This document shows, one piece after another, positions 55,336-64,000 of a stretch of 64,000 bases of DNA. How positions within the stretch are numbered: the stretch's first letter is position 1; every line of letters begins with the position of its first letter. The notes below the pieces were generated by a model. The model worked only from the letters and a program-made list of their open reading frames with translations. It had not been told where the DNA came from and did not search any database. The stretch is from Candidatus Dadabacteria bacterium. Lineage in GTDB: Bacteria > Desulfobacterota_D > UBA1144 > Nemesobacterales > JADFKM01. The stretch covers positions 464 to 64,463 of the forward strand of contig JADFKM010000001.1 of NCBI GenBank assembly GCA_022564935.1, read 5' to 3'. Made by a program: the position numbers and the translations under genes.

Positions 55336-57027
55336 ATGAAAGGAAATAAATGGATAATGAAAGGAGGAGTCGTGATCAAAAAAGCGAAGATTAACAAGGC
55401 AATAAAATTCACCGCACTGGGTGTTTTGATCTTTCTCGTCTCCGTTATTGCCCTTTCGTATGTGAAAAGTAATGGAGGGGCGAGGCAGGGAAAAAGCGTC
55501 GAGAGTGTTATCTCCGAAGAGATGCATGAAGACCGCCAAGCAATGGAAGAAGGGGCCCTCCATGAGGGGGCGTATAAAGACCAGCACAAAATGGAGGTAA
55601 AGACCTCTCATGGGGGAATGGGCATGGAAGAGGATAGGGAAAGGGAGCCATCCCGGGGCACTCAAGGGCTGGCAAGGGTGCATATAGATCCACGCAAACA
55701 GCAGCTCATAGGGGTAAAAACTGGCGAAGTGGCGAAAAGGAAGCTCTTAAAGAATATAAGAACGGTAGGAGTAATTGAGGCCGATGAGAGAAAAATCGCA
55801 AGGGTCAGCATAAAATTTCGCGGATGGGTAAAGGATGTGTTTGTGGATTACGTTGGGAAATATGTAGGGCGTGGAGAACCCCTATTTAACGTTTACAGTC
55901 CTGAGGTCGTAGCAACGGTAGAGGAGTATCTTCTTGCCCTGGGGGCGGAGGACTCGTTTGGGAAAAGCTCTTTTCCGGAGATTTCTTCCAGTGCAAAATC
56001 TCTCATTGCGGCTACTCGCAGAAGACTTCTTCTGTGGGATATTTCTGAGAGGGAAATAGAGAGGATCGAAAAAACGGGCAAGCCGATTAAGTATCTAACC
56101 CTCTACTCACCCATAAGCGGGTATGTTACAAAGCGTGAAGCCTTTCCGGAGAAGATGGTCATGCCAAATGATGTTGTATTTGAGATCGTCGACCTATCTA
56201 CTGTGTGGCTTTTTGCTGATATTTATGAGTATGAACTCCCCCTTGTGAAGGTCGGGCAGGAGGCCATAATTACCCTTTCTTACTACCCTAAGGAGGTTTT
56301 TCATGGAAAGGTCACATACGTTTACCCCACCGTAGAGACTAGAACAAGGACCGTAAAAGTGAGGTTTGAGTTTGAGAATGAGGGAATGAAACTAAAGCCC
56401 GGCATGTATACCAATGTGGAAATAAAGATCCCTCTTGAAGAAGCGCTTACCGTAACGGAGGATTCGGTTATTGACACCGGGGAGAGGAAAATCGTGTTTG
56501 TTGCAATGGGAGACGGCTACTTTGAGCCAAGAAACGTTAGAGTCGGGCAAAGGGCTGAAGGTTATTATGAAGTTTTAGACGGGCTGAGGGAAGGTGAGAT
56601 AGTTGTAAGGAGCGCCGTTTTCCTCATAGACTCCGAAAGCCGTCTCAAGGGGGCGATAGAAGCCTATGTTGCGGGGACGGAGCCTGTTTCGCAAGCCCCG
56701 ATAGCGGCCCCTAAAGAGATCGATATCTCGTTTTCAACCGACGGGGGGATTTCGCGTGTCGGGAACAACGCCTTTAAGATCGGCTTGAGGGATATGGAGG
56801 GGAATCCGATTACCGACGCCGAGGTTAAAGTCGTGTTTCACATGCCCCCTATGCAATCTATGGGAATGCCCGCCATGACTATATCCTCGGCGGGAAAGCA
56901 CAAAAAGGACGGTCTCTACATTGTGAAAATAAAACTCTCTATGAGCGGCTCATGGCAGGTGAAGGTCATTGCCTCAAGGCCCGGAAAGCCTTCTGCGTCC
57001 AGCTTTTTTGAGATTAATGTAAGGTGA
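55336..57027 (+). CDS. RND efflux periplasmic adaptor (CusB/CzcB-like) with a His/Met-rich N-terminal segment and a C-terminal Met-rich Ig-like extension
   Basis: TM anchor. N-terminal EEMHEDRQAMEEGALHEG...HKMEVKTSHGGMGMEED. HlyD-type barrel and hairpin core. C-terminal about 110 aa with MPPMQSMGMPAM, resembling YtkA/FixH-type metal-binding domains. Confidence 0.8.
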   Translation: MKGNKWIMKGGVVIKKAKINKAIKFTALGVLIFLVSVIALSYVKSNGGARQGKSVESVISEEMHEDRQAMEEGALHEGAYKDQHKMEVKTSHGGMGMEEDREREPSRGTQGLARVHIDPRKQQLIGVKTGEVAKRKLLKNIRTVGVIEADERKIARVSIKFRGWVKDVFVDYVGKYVGRGEPLFNVYSPEVVATVEEYLLALGAEDSFGKSSFPEISSSAKSLIAATRRRLLLWDISEREIERIEKTGKPIKYLTLYSPISGYVTKREAFPEKMVMPNDVVFEIVDLSTVWLFADIYEYELPLVKVGQEAIITLSYYPKEVFHGKVTYVYPTVETRTRTVKVRFEFENEGMKLKPGMYTNVEIKIPLEEALTVTEDSVIDTGERKIVFVAMGDGYFEPRNVRVGQRAEGYYEVLDGLREGEIVVRSAVFLIDSESRLKGAIEAYVAGTEPVSQAPIAAPKEIDISFSTDGGISRVGNNAFKIGLRDMEGNPITDAEVKVVFHMPPMQSMGMPAMTISSAGKHKKDGLYIVKIKLSMSGSWQVKVIASRPGKPSASSFFEINVR

Positions 57028-57048
57028 CGAAGTGAGGGGGAAAAGGAT

Positions 57049-60000
57049 ATGATAGAAAAGATAATCGGATACTCTTCTCGAAACCGCTTCATGGTGTTTT
57101 TAATGATATTTTTTCTAACGGTCTGGGGCGGCTGGGCCCTTAGGAATACACCGCTTGACGCCATACCCGACCTCTCCGACACACAGGTAATTGTGTTTAC
57201 CGAATGGCCCGGAAGGAGTCCTGACCTCGTCGAGGATCAAATCACATACCCTATTACCACTATGCTCCTTGCAGCCCCCGAAGTAACTGTGGTAAGGGGA
57301 ATATCTATGTTCGGCTTTTCATTCGTCTATGTACTGTTCGAAGACGGCACGGACATTTACTGGGCGAGAAGCCGCGTGCTTGAGTACCTTATCGGTCTGG
57401 GGGGAAAACTGCCCGAAGGGGTGAGCCCGACGCTTGGGCCTGACGCCACCGGTGTTGGCTGGGTATATGAATATGCCCTGGTTGATGAAACAGGCACCTA
57501 CGATCTCTCGGAGCTGCGCTCTTTTCAGGACTGGTACTTGAGGTACTGGCTCCAGAGCGTTCCGGGGGTGGCCGAGGTCGCAAGCGTGGGCGGGTTCGTG
57601 AAGCAGTATCAGATAAACATAGACCCAAATAAACTCCTTGCCTATGACATTGATTTAAAAACCGTCATTGATGCGGTTAGAAGGAGCAATAACGACGTGG
57701 GGGGAAGGGTGGTGGAATGGACGGGCAGAGAGTACGTCGTGAGGGGCAGGGGGTATATAAAAACCCTCGACGATATAAGGAGCGTGGTCGTATCTGTGGA
57801 TGGAAGGGGAACAGGAACCCCCGTGCTTCTCAGGGAGTTGGCGCAGGTGCGCTTCGGCCCCGATATGCGGCGCGGTCTTGCGGAGCTCGACGGCAAAGGG
57901 GAGGTGGTCGGAGGAATTGTCATTGCGCGCTACGGGGAAAATGCCCTGGGCGTAATAAATAGGGTGAAAGAGAAGATCGAGGAGGTCAAAGGGGCTTTTC
58001 CTCCCGGAATTAAGCTTGTTACTACATACGACCGCTCCGAACTCATTAAGAAATCAGTAAAGACCCTAGTGAGTACACTTATCGAGGAAAGCGTTATTGT
58101 GAGCATTGTCTGTATCGTATTTCTGTATCACTTTAGATCGGCCCTCGTGGTCATTCTGATCCTCCCCTTTGCCGTTCTTTTTTCTTTCATACCTATGTAC
58201 TACCTGAACCTTACATCAAACATAATGTCCCTGGGAGGAATTGCCATCGCATTAGGGGCTATGATCGATGCGGCAATAGTAATTGTCGAAAATGTCCATA
58301 AGAGGCTTGAGCGCTGGGAAGAGGAGGGGGAAAAGCAGGATAGAGTCGGTGTGATGATAGATGCCGCAAAGGAGGTGGGAAAGCCTATATTCTTTGCCTT
58401 GCTCGTAATAACCGTTTCTTTTATTCCCGTCTTTACGCTCGAATACCAGGAAGGAAGGCTTTTTAAGCCCCTTGCTTTCACAAAGACCTTCTGTATGGCA
58501 TTTGCCGCCCTTCTTTCCATAACCCTTACCTCCGCTTTAATACCCATCTTTGTCCGCGGCAGGATCACACCTGAGAAGAAAAACCCCCTAAACCGCTTTT
58601 TAATCAGGTTCTACCATCCGGTGGTTAGGATGGCGTTAAGATTCAAAAAGACCTCGGTACTTGCAGCCGTTGTGCTTCTTGTGGTTACGATTCCGGCGTT
58701 GTCCAGGATAGGCTCTGAGTTTATGCCCCCTCTCAACGAAGGGGTTATAATGGATATGCCGGTAACTCCGCCCGGAATCTCCATTACGGATGCGGGGGCA
58801 TTGCTTCAGCTTAGGAATAAGATTATTAAAGAGTTTCCTGAGGTCGAAACGGTTTTTGGAAAGGCGGGAAGGGCAGAAACGTCAACAGATCCCGCCGGTC
58901 TTTCTATGATTGAAACGAATATAGTTTTAAAACCCGAGAGCGAGTGGCGAAAGATTCTCCTCGGGCGCTGGTATTCGAGCTGGGCTCCCGAGCCAATAAA
59001 AAAAGCCCTACGTCTTATTTGGCCTGAAGAAAAAACAATAACCCATGAAGAGCTCGTAAGTGAGCTGGACAGCGCTCTCCGTATACCAGGTTCTACGAAC
59101 GCATGGACTATGCCTATAAAGGCAAGGGTGGATATGCTTACAACCGGAATTCGAACCCCTGTGGGAATAAAGGTTTTTGGGCCTGAGCTTTCTAAGATCG
59201 AGGAGATAGGAATGGAAATAGAAAGAGCGCTGCAGGGCGTTCCCGGCACGAGGAGTGTCTACGCCGAGAGAGTAACAGGCGGGTATTTCATAGATTTTTG
59301 GGTGCGCAGAGAAGAAGCCGCTCGCTACGGGCTTAGGGTTGGAGAAGTGGAGGATATAATCGAAGCGGCGATAGGAGGAAAGAATATAACAACGACAATA
59401 GAAGGCCCCGAGAGGTACCCCGTAAACGTTAGATATTCCAGAGAGCTTCGCGATAGTATTCCAGAGCTTGAGAGAGTGCTTGTTTCGACCCCTGTTGGAG
59501 CCCATGTCCCATTACGGCAGCTTGTTGATATCCGTCTAACGATGGGGCCACCTGAAATAAAAACAGAAGAAGCGACCAAGGTGGGCTATGTCTATGTCGA
59601 TATAGCTGGTGTGGATATAGGAAAATATGTGGAGGAAGCAAAAGTGGTTATTGCGGATCAAGTACAACTACCGACGGGATATTTTCTCACCTGGAGCGGG
59701 CAGTATGAATACATGCTGAGAGTAAAGGAGCGGCTCAAGCTCGTAGTCCCGCTCACGCTGCTCATCATATTCGTGCTGCTTTACCTGAACTTCAGAAATG
59801 TCATAGAGAGCCTGATAATAATGCTCTCGGTGCCGTTCGCCGCGATCGGCGGTGTGTGGCTTATGTACCTGCTCGGCTACAACATGAGCGTGGCCACATG
59901 GGTGGGGTTCATTGCGCTCTCGGGGCTTGCCGCTCAAACGGGAGTTGTGATGATCATATACCTCGATCAATACTACGATAAGATGCTTCGGGAAGGAAAA

Positions 60001-60252
60001 ACGGGTCTCGATGACCTGTACAAAGCCATTCATGACGGAGCCGTGCAGAGGGTGAGGCCCAAGATGATGACCGTCATGGCGATGACCCTGGGGCTGCTGC
60101 CGCTTATGTGGAGCCACGGGGCCGGAGCGGACATGATGAAGCGCATAGCGGCGCCCATGATAGGCGGTCTCGTGACCTCGACGATTCTGACGCTCGTTAT
60201 CATCCCCGCGGTGTATGCGATTTGGAGGGAAAGGGGTTTGAGAACGAAATAA
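57049..60252 (+). CDS. cusA: Heavy-metal efflux RND transporter (CusA/CzcA family)
   Basis: 1067 aa, 12 TM, two large periplasmic loops. HME-RND hallmarks (ALGAMIDAAIVIVENV; SGLAAQTGVVMIIY). Confidence 0.9.
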   Translation: MIEKIIGYSSRNRFMVFLMIFFLTVWGGWALRNTPLDAIPDLSDTQVIVFTEWPGRSPDLVEDQITYPITTMLLAAPEVTVVRGISMFGFSFVYVLFEDGTDIYWARSRVLEYLIGLGGKLPEGVSPTLGPDATGVGWVYEYALVDETGTYDLSELRSFQDWYLRYWLQSVPGVAEVASVGGFVKQYQINIDPNKLLAYDIDLKTVIDAVRRSNNDVGGRVVEWTGREYVVRGRGYIKTLDDIRSVVVSVDGRGTGTPVLLRELAQVRFGPDMRRGLAELDGKGEVVGGIVIARYGENALGVINRVKEKIEEVKGAFPPGIKLVTTYDRSELIKKSVKTLVSTLIEESVIVSIVCIVFLYHFRSALVVILILPFAVLFSFIPMYYLNLTSNIMSLGGIAIALGAMIDAAIVIVENVHKRLERWEEEGEKQDRVGVMIDAAKEVGKPIFFALLVITVSFIPVFTLEYQEGRLFKPLAFTKTFCMAFAALLSITLTSALIPIFVRGRITPEKKNPLNRFLIRFYHPVVRMALRFKKTSVLAAVVLLVVTIPALSRIGSEFMPPLNEGVIMDMPVTPPGISITDAGALLQLRNKIIKEFPEVETVFGKAGRAETSTDPAGLSMIETNIVLKPESEWRKILLGRWYSSWAPEPIKKALRLIWPEEKTITHEELVSELDSALRIPGSTNAWTMPIKARVDMLTTGIRTPVGIKVFGPELSKIEEIGMEIERALQGVPGTRSVYAERVTGGYFIDFWVRREEAARYGLRVGEVEDIIEAAIGGKNITTTIEGPERYPVNVRYSRELRDSIPELERVLVSTPVGAHVPLRQLVDIRLTMGPPEIKTEEATKVGYVYVDIAGVDIGKYVEEAKVVIADQVQLPTGYFLTWSGQYEYMLRVKERLKLVVPLTLLIIFVLLYLNFRNVIESLIIMLSVPFAAIGGVWLMYLLGYNMSVATWVGFIALSGLAAQTGVVMIIYLDQYYDKMLREGKTGLDDLYKAIHDGAVQRVRPKMMTVMAMTLGLLPLMWSHGAGADMMKRIAAPMIGGLVTSTILTLVIIPAVYAIWRERGLRTK

Positions 60253-60699
60253 ATTGTAAGGGCAAGAATAGACTATGATTAAAATAATTTTTTATAATAT
60301 AAAAAATCAGATGTTGGTTACCCAGGCAGAATAGCGTCCACCAATTGCCTCAAAAACAAAATCATACAAATATTCATCTGCAATGAAACAGGTACGCAGT
60401 GTACCCTCAAGAAAGGTAAATATAGTTTTAAACATATTATTTTACCAATTAAGGTAAAAAGAAGGAACTCGGGGACGCATCTGCACCCGGTATTCGGCCC
60501 AGGTAGCCAACGAGCAAAAGATATGTAATTGCTCTTTAATCATTCCGATACCGCCCGGGGCGCTTGGAAAGAGTGTTATTAAGCCAGGCGCCCTCTACTA
60601 TTACAATAACCACTGTGCCGGGGTGCGCCAGTAGTACGGGGTGGTAGAAGGGTTCTGAAAGTTCACCCATGCCGGTGTATATTTATTGCAGTCGCAGCA

Positions 60700-61410
60700 A
60701 TGAGAACCCAGCAGTCCCGCTCAATTTTTTTCATCTTACTGATTTCTGCTCTCCTCATGCTTCAGGCCTGCGCCGCTCATGCGCCGCGCGGATGGGTTGG
60801 GACGGGAGTGGGCCGCTACTCCGGGGCCGAGATAGGATACTTTTTCGAGGTTGCGTGCGGCTCCGAGTTCGGGAGCTCGACGCCTAGGATAAGGAAGTGG
60901 ATGGGCCGGGTGAGGGTGGCCGCCGAAGGCTCGCCCACCCCCGAAGATTTGAGTGTCCTTGAGGCGGTCGCGGGCGAAGTCAACCGTATTACAGGCCTTG
61001 AGCTGGTGGTGTTCGACCCCGTTTCCCCTAACGTGGTCGTGTACTTCGTGCCTGAGTCACGGTTCAAATACTACGAGCCGAACTACGTCCCCAAAAACTA
61101 CGGCTTTATGTGGGCGTGGTGGAGGGGCTCCGGTGAGATTTACAAAGCCAGGGTGATGATTTCGACCACTGGGATTACTCAGTCTGCGCGCTCACACCTG
61201 ATCAGGGAGGAGCTGACTCAGGCTTTGGGGCTGATGAACGACTCGTGGAGATACATGGACAGCGTATTCTATCAGGGGTGGATGGAGGTGACCGAGTACT
61301 CCCAGCATGACAGAGCCGTGATAGAGATCCTTTACAACAAACTGATAACGCCGGGAATGACTCGCGAGAGGGTTATTGAGATTTTGCGGCAAACAGGGGG
61401 AAGCTCATAA
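60700..61410 (+). CDS. DUF2927-like lipoprotein
   Basis: Lipobox LMLQAC. Motif block SHLIREELTQALGLMND typical of DUF2927. Preceded by a 450-bp AT-rich spacer. Confidence 0.45.
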   Translation: MRTQQSRSIFFILLISALLMLQACAAHAPRGWVGTGVGRYSGAEIGYFFEVACGSEFGSSTPRIRKWMGRVRVAAEGSPTPEDLSVLEAVAGEVNRITGLELVVFDPVSPNVVVYFVPESRFKYYEPNYVPKNYGFMWAWWRGSGEIYKARVMISTTGITQSARSHLIREELTQALGLMNDSWRYMDSVFYQGWMEVTEYSQHDRAVIEILYNKLITPGMTRERVIEILRQTGGSS

Positions 61411-61863
61411 GAGGTTCCGGCCGCTTGGGGAAACGGCGGCAGGGGAGAGAAGCTCGGTCCGGTACCTGCCGCTGCGGCTTATGATTTGCACGGCCTTTGC
61501 CTTGAGCACGTTTTTGAATTTGAAAAGGAAGTACCTCTTTTCTTTCTTGAACCTGCCGTAGACCTTAAGGAAGTCGCCCTTTTTGATGGAGAGGTGTCCC
61601 TTGGCGTATACCCTGACGCGGTTTTTGCCGGGGTCCGTCAATCTGAACAGCGTGTACGGCTTTCCCTTGCGCGACTCGGTGAAGCGAACCTTGTCCACCT
61701 TGCCTTCCAGGGCTATCTTCCGGCCGTCGAACGCTTTGGGAGACTTCACAACGCCCTTAATTGAAAGAACAGGGTCGGGGATTTCTCCCGTTTGCGCGTT
61801 GGCGGCGCCCCATGAAAGCGCAACGACCGATACTATAACGAAGAGCGACCTGAGAATCATCAC
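61405..61863 (-). CDS. Hypothetical secreted Lys-rich protein
   Basis: Signal peptide; convergent 6-nt overlap with the upstream gene. Confidence 0.45.
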   Translation of the reverse strand: MMILRSLFVIVSVVALSWGAANAQTGEIPDPVLSIKGVVKSPKAFDGRKIALEGKVDKVRFTESRKGKPYTLFRLTDPGKNRVRVYAKGHLSIKKGDFLKVYGRFKKEKRYFLFKFKNVLKAKAVQIISRSGRYRTELLSPAAVSPSGRNLL

Positions 61864-62098
61864 TTCCTTACTCCTTTGGCTTCCTTACCTTACCATATTA
61901 GATGGCTGTTGCATGCAAGAAGATTCACACTCTATCATACAAAATTGGTATAAATAAATACCGGAGCAATAGGTTTCAACAAATTTTTACGGATTAGCTT
62001 CTTGGATCACTCCCTTCCTTCCCATATCCACTGCATTTGTTATTATTCACCAGTCGTATAAAAATCCGCTGTTTTAAAATATAGCACCTAAAAAACTA

Positions 62099-62878
62099 AT
62101 GAAGATAAACAATATTTCCAGAGAGCTTCTGCTCAGCGTGTATATTCGGCTCCCACTGCTGGTTTCATTGCCCTTGAACCTGCCAATGTATTTTAGGCTG
62201 TCGGGGTCTGAATTGCGTCTCCTTTTGAGAGAGTGGTACCACAATTTTAGGGTGCTTGGTTTCCCTACTCCTCAGAACCCTGGGATGCCCGGACTGAACC
62301 AGGGGTCTAAGCAGTGGATATTGTTCAAGCTCATAGACAGGGCCATAGCTCTTTGCAGGGAACAGGGAGAGTCAATAAAGGGGGTGGAGCTTTTCTGCGC
62401 CGACGGGTTCTACGCTAACTATGCCGTCCAAAGGGGGGCGGAAAGCGTTATGGGCATCGATAATGACACCTACCAGCAGGATAAGGCCAGGTTGATAACC
62501 AAGCTGCTTCATAACGAGGGGAAAATTTCGTTTGCTGAGCGCGATGTGTTTGATCTACCAGACTCCTATGATTTCTGTATCTGCGCTGGGGGGCTGTACC
62601 ATTTGTCGAATCCAAGCGACCTCTTGAAGCTGTTGAGAGAAAGTATCCATACAGCCCTTGTGATACAGACTGTTTACTCCCTAGCGATCGAGGCTGAGGA
62701 TTATTTTGAGACCCCCGCCCCCCATTGGACGTGGGGGTGTAGGTTCAGCCATTTGTACCTGTTGCAAATGGTCACCGATTGCGGATGGGAGATATTGGAA
62801 TCGCATACGAACGAGCTTAAGGGGAACAAACGCCCTGAGGATAGAGGCTCGGCTTACCTCCTTTGCGTTCCAGAGTAG
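62099..62878 (+). CDS. Class I SAM-dependent methyltransferase
   Basis: Motif I variant VELFCADGFYA; post-I acidic GIDND; motif II FCICAGGLYHL. The start is probably internal. Confidence 0.6.
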   Translation: MKINNISRELLLSVYIRLPLLVSLPLNLPMYFRLSGSELRLLLREWYHNFRVLGFPTPQNPGMPGLNQGSKQWILFKLIDRAIALCREQGESIKGVELFCADGFYANYAVQRGAESVMGIDNDTYQQDKARLITKLLHNEGKISFAERDVFDLPDSYDFCICAGGLYHLSNPSDLLKLLRESIHTALVIQTVYSLAIEAEDYFETPAPHWTWGCRFSHLYLLQMVTDCGWEILESHTNELKGNKRPEDRGSAYLLCVPE

Positions 62879-62971
62879 CTTGCCTACGCGTTCCTAATCA
62901 TCTTCGTCCTTTAAAGAGTAGACAGGGTGTTGAGAGCGATGGGATTCCCTAATACCTGACATCTGTTATTA

Positions 62972-63364
62972 TTGAGAGTTATGGGAAAGTTCGCAGTGCG
63001 TCCCGAAAAAGAGAGGGCGCTACTTGAGCGAATGAAGAAGCTGCGCATTAGCGAAGGGGACCTTGCGGAGTCCTTCGTCAGCTCGGGCGGGCCAGGGGGC
63101 CAAAACGTCAACAGGACTGCCACATGCGTAGTGTTGAAGCACCTGCCGACCGGTGTAGTGGTAAAAGCACAGAGAGAGCGCACGCAATCACTCAACCGTT
63201 TCCTTGCGCGCCGGATGCTCGTGGAAAGGATCGAGAGGCTCGAGCTCGGAGAGGACTCACCCGAGGAGAAGAGGCGGGAGAAGTTGAGGAAGCGGAAAAA
63301 CAGGCGGCGCAGGCGGGCGAAGGCAAAGCACTCAGGCGCTGCCCGGGGCGCTGAAGAGCCGTGA
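62972..63364 (+). CDS. arfB: Alternative ribosome-rescue factor / peptidyl-tRNA hydrolase ArfB
   Basis: GGQ motif (SSGGPGGQNVNRTAT) with the characteristic Arg/Lys-rich C-terminal tail (KRREKLRKRKNRRRRRAKAK). Confidence 0.85.
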   Translation: MRVMGKFAVRPEKERALLERMKKLRISEGDLAESFVSSGGPGGQNVNRTATCVVLKHLPTGVVVKAQRERTQSLNRFLARRMLVERIERLELGEDSPEEKRREKLRKRKNRRRRRAKAKHSGAARGAEEP

Positions 63365-63403
63365 GCTTGAGTGGCCCGGAGTCGCATTTGCGCTCTCAAA
63401 ATG

Positions 63404-63613
63404 CTATCCCCAGACGTAAATCTTCCTCCCGGACACGTCGAACCTGACGCTCCTGCCGCAGCATTCGGGGTACAGCTCGTAAATCCTGGCTGTGAGCTCC
63501 TTTTCGCGCTCTTTGACGAGGTCAGTGTCGTTGTCCAGCCTGGCGACCTGGACGGATTTTTGCATCTCGAACAATACTGCGTAATCCTCGTCGCGCACTG
63601 TAATGGGGTCCAT
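63404..63613 (-). CDS. Small hypothetical protein (69 aa)
   Basis: Open frame convergent to arfB; no motif. Confidence 0.3.
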   Translation of the reverse strand: MDPITVRDEDYAVLFEMQKSVQVARLDNDTDLVKEREKELTARIYELYPECCGRSVRFDVSGRKIYVWG

Positions 63614-63800
63614 GCTGTCCCCTCCCTCTCGACCTCACTTTTTTGAATTCAAGACGCTCTTAGCCATTGTAGTTTTCAATTTTACAGGGTAAAACTATGA
63701 AAGCCAGAAAATCGGGGCAATTTACCTGACAAAAATACCGGCGTGATATAATATATATTAAACGGTTCGGTTGAGCGCACGTTCACAGAGAGGATAAAAG

Positions 63801-64000
63801 ATGCCTACAGACACTGAAGTGGTGCTTGAAGCAAACGACAAATTTTACCAGGCGCTCGGCACTAGAGACCTGGATTTGATGGAGACGGTGTGGGTGTGTG
63901 ATTCGCGCTCAAAGTGCGTTCATCCGGGCTGGACGATGCTAAATGGCTGGGACGCCATCAAGCAGAGCTGGGAAAATACTTTTGACCCTGTGGACCTGCT
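63801..64000 (+). CDS. SnoaL-like / NTF2-like (DUF4440-type) protein, 3'-truncated by the window edge
   Basis: MPTDTEVVLEANDKFYQALGTRDLDLMETVWVCDSRSKCVHPGWTMLNGWDAIKQSWENTF fits the NTF2-like pattern. AGGATAAAAG SD sits upstream. Confidence 0.55.
   Translation, partial: MPTDTEVVLEANDKFYQALGTRDLDLMETVWVCDSRSKCVHPGWTMLNGWDAIKQSWENTFDPVDL

Noticed and set aside
60253-60699. 450-bp AT-rich spacer after cusA with a 42-codon minus-strand ORF (MFKTIFTFLEGTLRTCFIADEYLYDFVFEAIGGRYSAWVTNI)
   Set aside because: Short, no SD, no motif. More likely terminator or promoter DNA between convergent or divergent units.
1-64000. Genome-wide stop-codon reassignment (TAG or TAA as sense) as an explanation for the in-frame stops in guaA and the ghrB-like gene
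   Set aside because: TAG terminates rsmA, the REC-GGDEF gene, the second pentapeptide gene and the 436-aa gene exactly at their expected C-termini. TAA terminates ftsB, the MBL hydrolase and the pyrF-like gene. Both therefore function as stops here.
1-64000. CRISPR arrays, rRNA, tRNA
   Set aside because: No short evenly spaced direct repeats, no rRNA-like conserved blocks and no tRNA-like structures were recognised by eye. A covariance-model scan would be needed to exclude small RNAs.

Overview
This window is a gene-dense, high-GC (about 60%) bacterial chromosomal segment. About 85-90% of it is coding and it is mostly housekeeping genes, interrupted by several small low-GC inserts and decayed loci.

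Housekeeping genes read from homology visible in the translations:
- 3' part of guaA, which carries an in-frame TAG
- thiL, polA, a PBP4-type dacB, rsmA/ksgA and an ftsB-like gene
- an nnr-tsaE-lysC-cimA-argC cluster followed by an acyl-AMP/CoA ligase and a carrier protein
- coaX, lipA, bolA plus a monothiol grx, and arfB

Other content:
- two GGDEF diguanylate cyclases, one REC-fused and one membrane/GAF-type
- tandem overlapping CNNM/CorC-type transporters and a TonB-like protein
- a Sir2 deacylase, two MBL-fold hydrolases, acylphosphatase, and a LigD-phosphoesterase-like small protein
- a cusCBA/czcCBA-type RND heavy-metal efflux operon with His/Met-rich accessory proteins
- many hypothetical secreted or membrane proteins

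Most interesting loci:
1. A pair of paralogous minus-strand genes (50984..52140) that share a promoter repeat and an N-terminal domain. The longer, low-GC copy carries a C-terminal HEPN/Ymh-like domain, which is Abi- or toxin-like.
2. An ~0.9 kb low-GC islet (23.2-24.06 kb) encoding a nucleoside 2-deoxyribosyltransferase/SLOG-like Rossmannoid protein plus an overlapping ORF, possibly one frameshifted gene. It abuts an orphan pyrE 3' fragment.
3. An ~1 kb low-GC cassette carrying a divergent OMP-decarboxylase-like gene, flanked by 32-bp direct repeats copied from the polA 3' end.
4. Tandem pentapeptide-repeat paralogs.
5. Several apparently disrupted genes: guaA amber, a ghrB-like gene with ochre plus frameshift, a TonB start frameshift, a truncated MFS, and a ~1.1 kb decayed region.

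No rRNA, tRNA or CRISPR array was detected. All calls rest on motifs visible in the provided translations; no database search was run.
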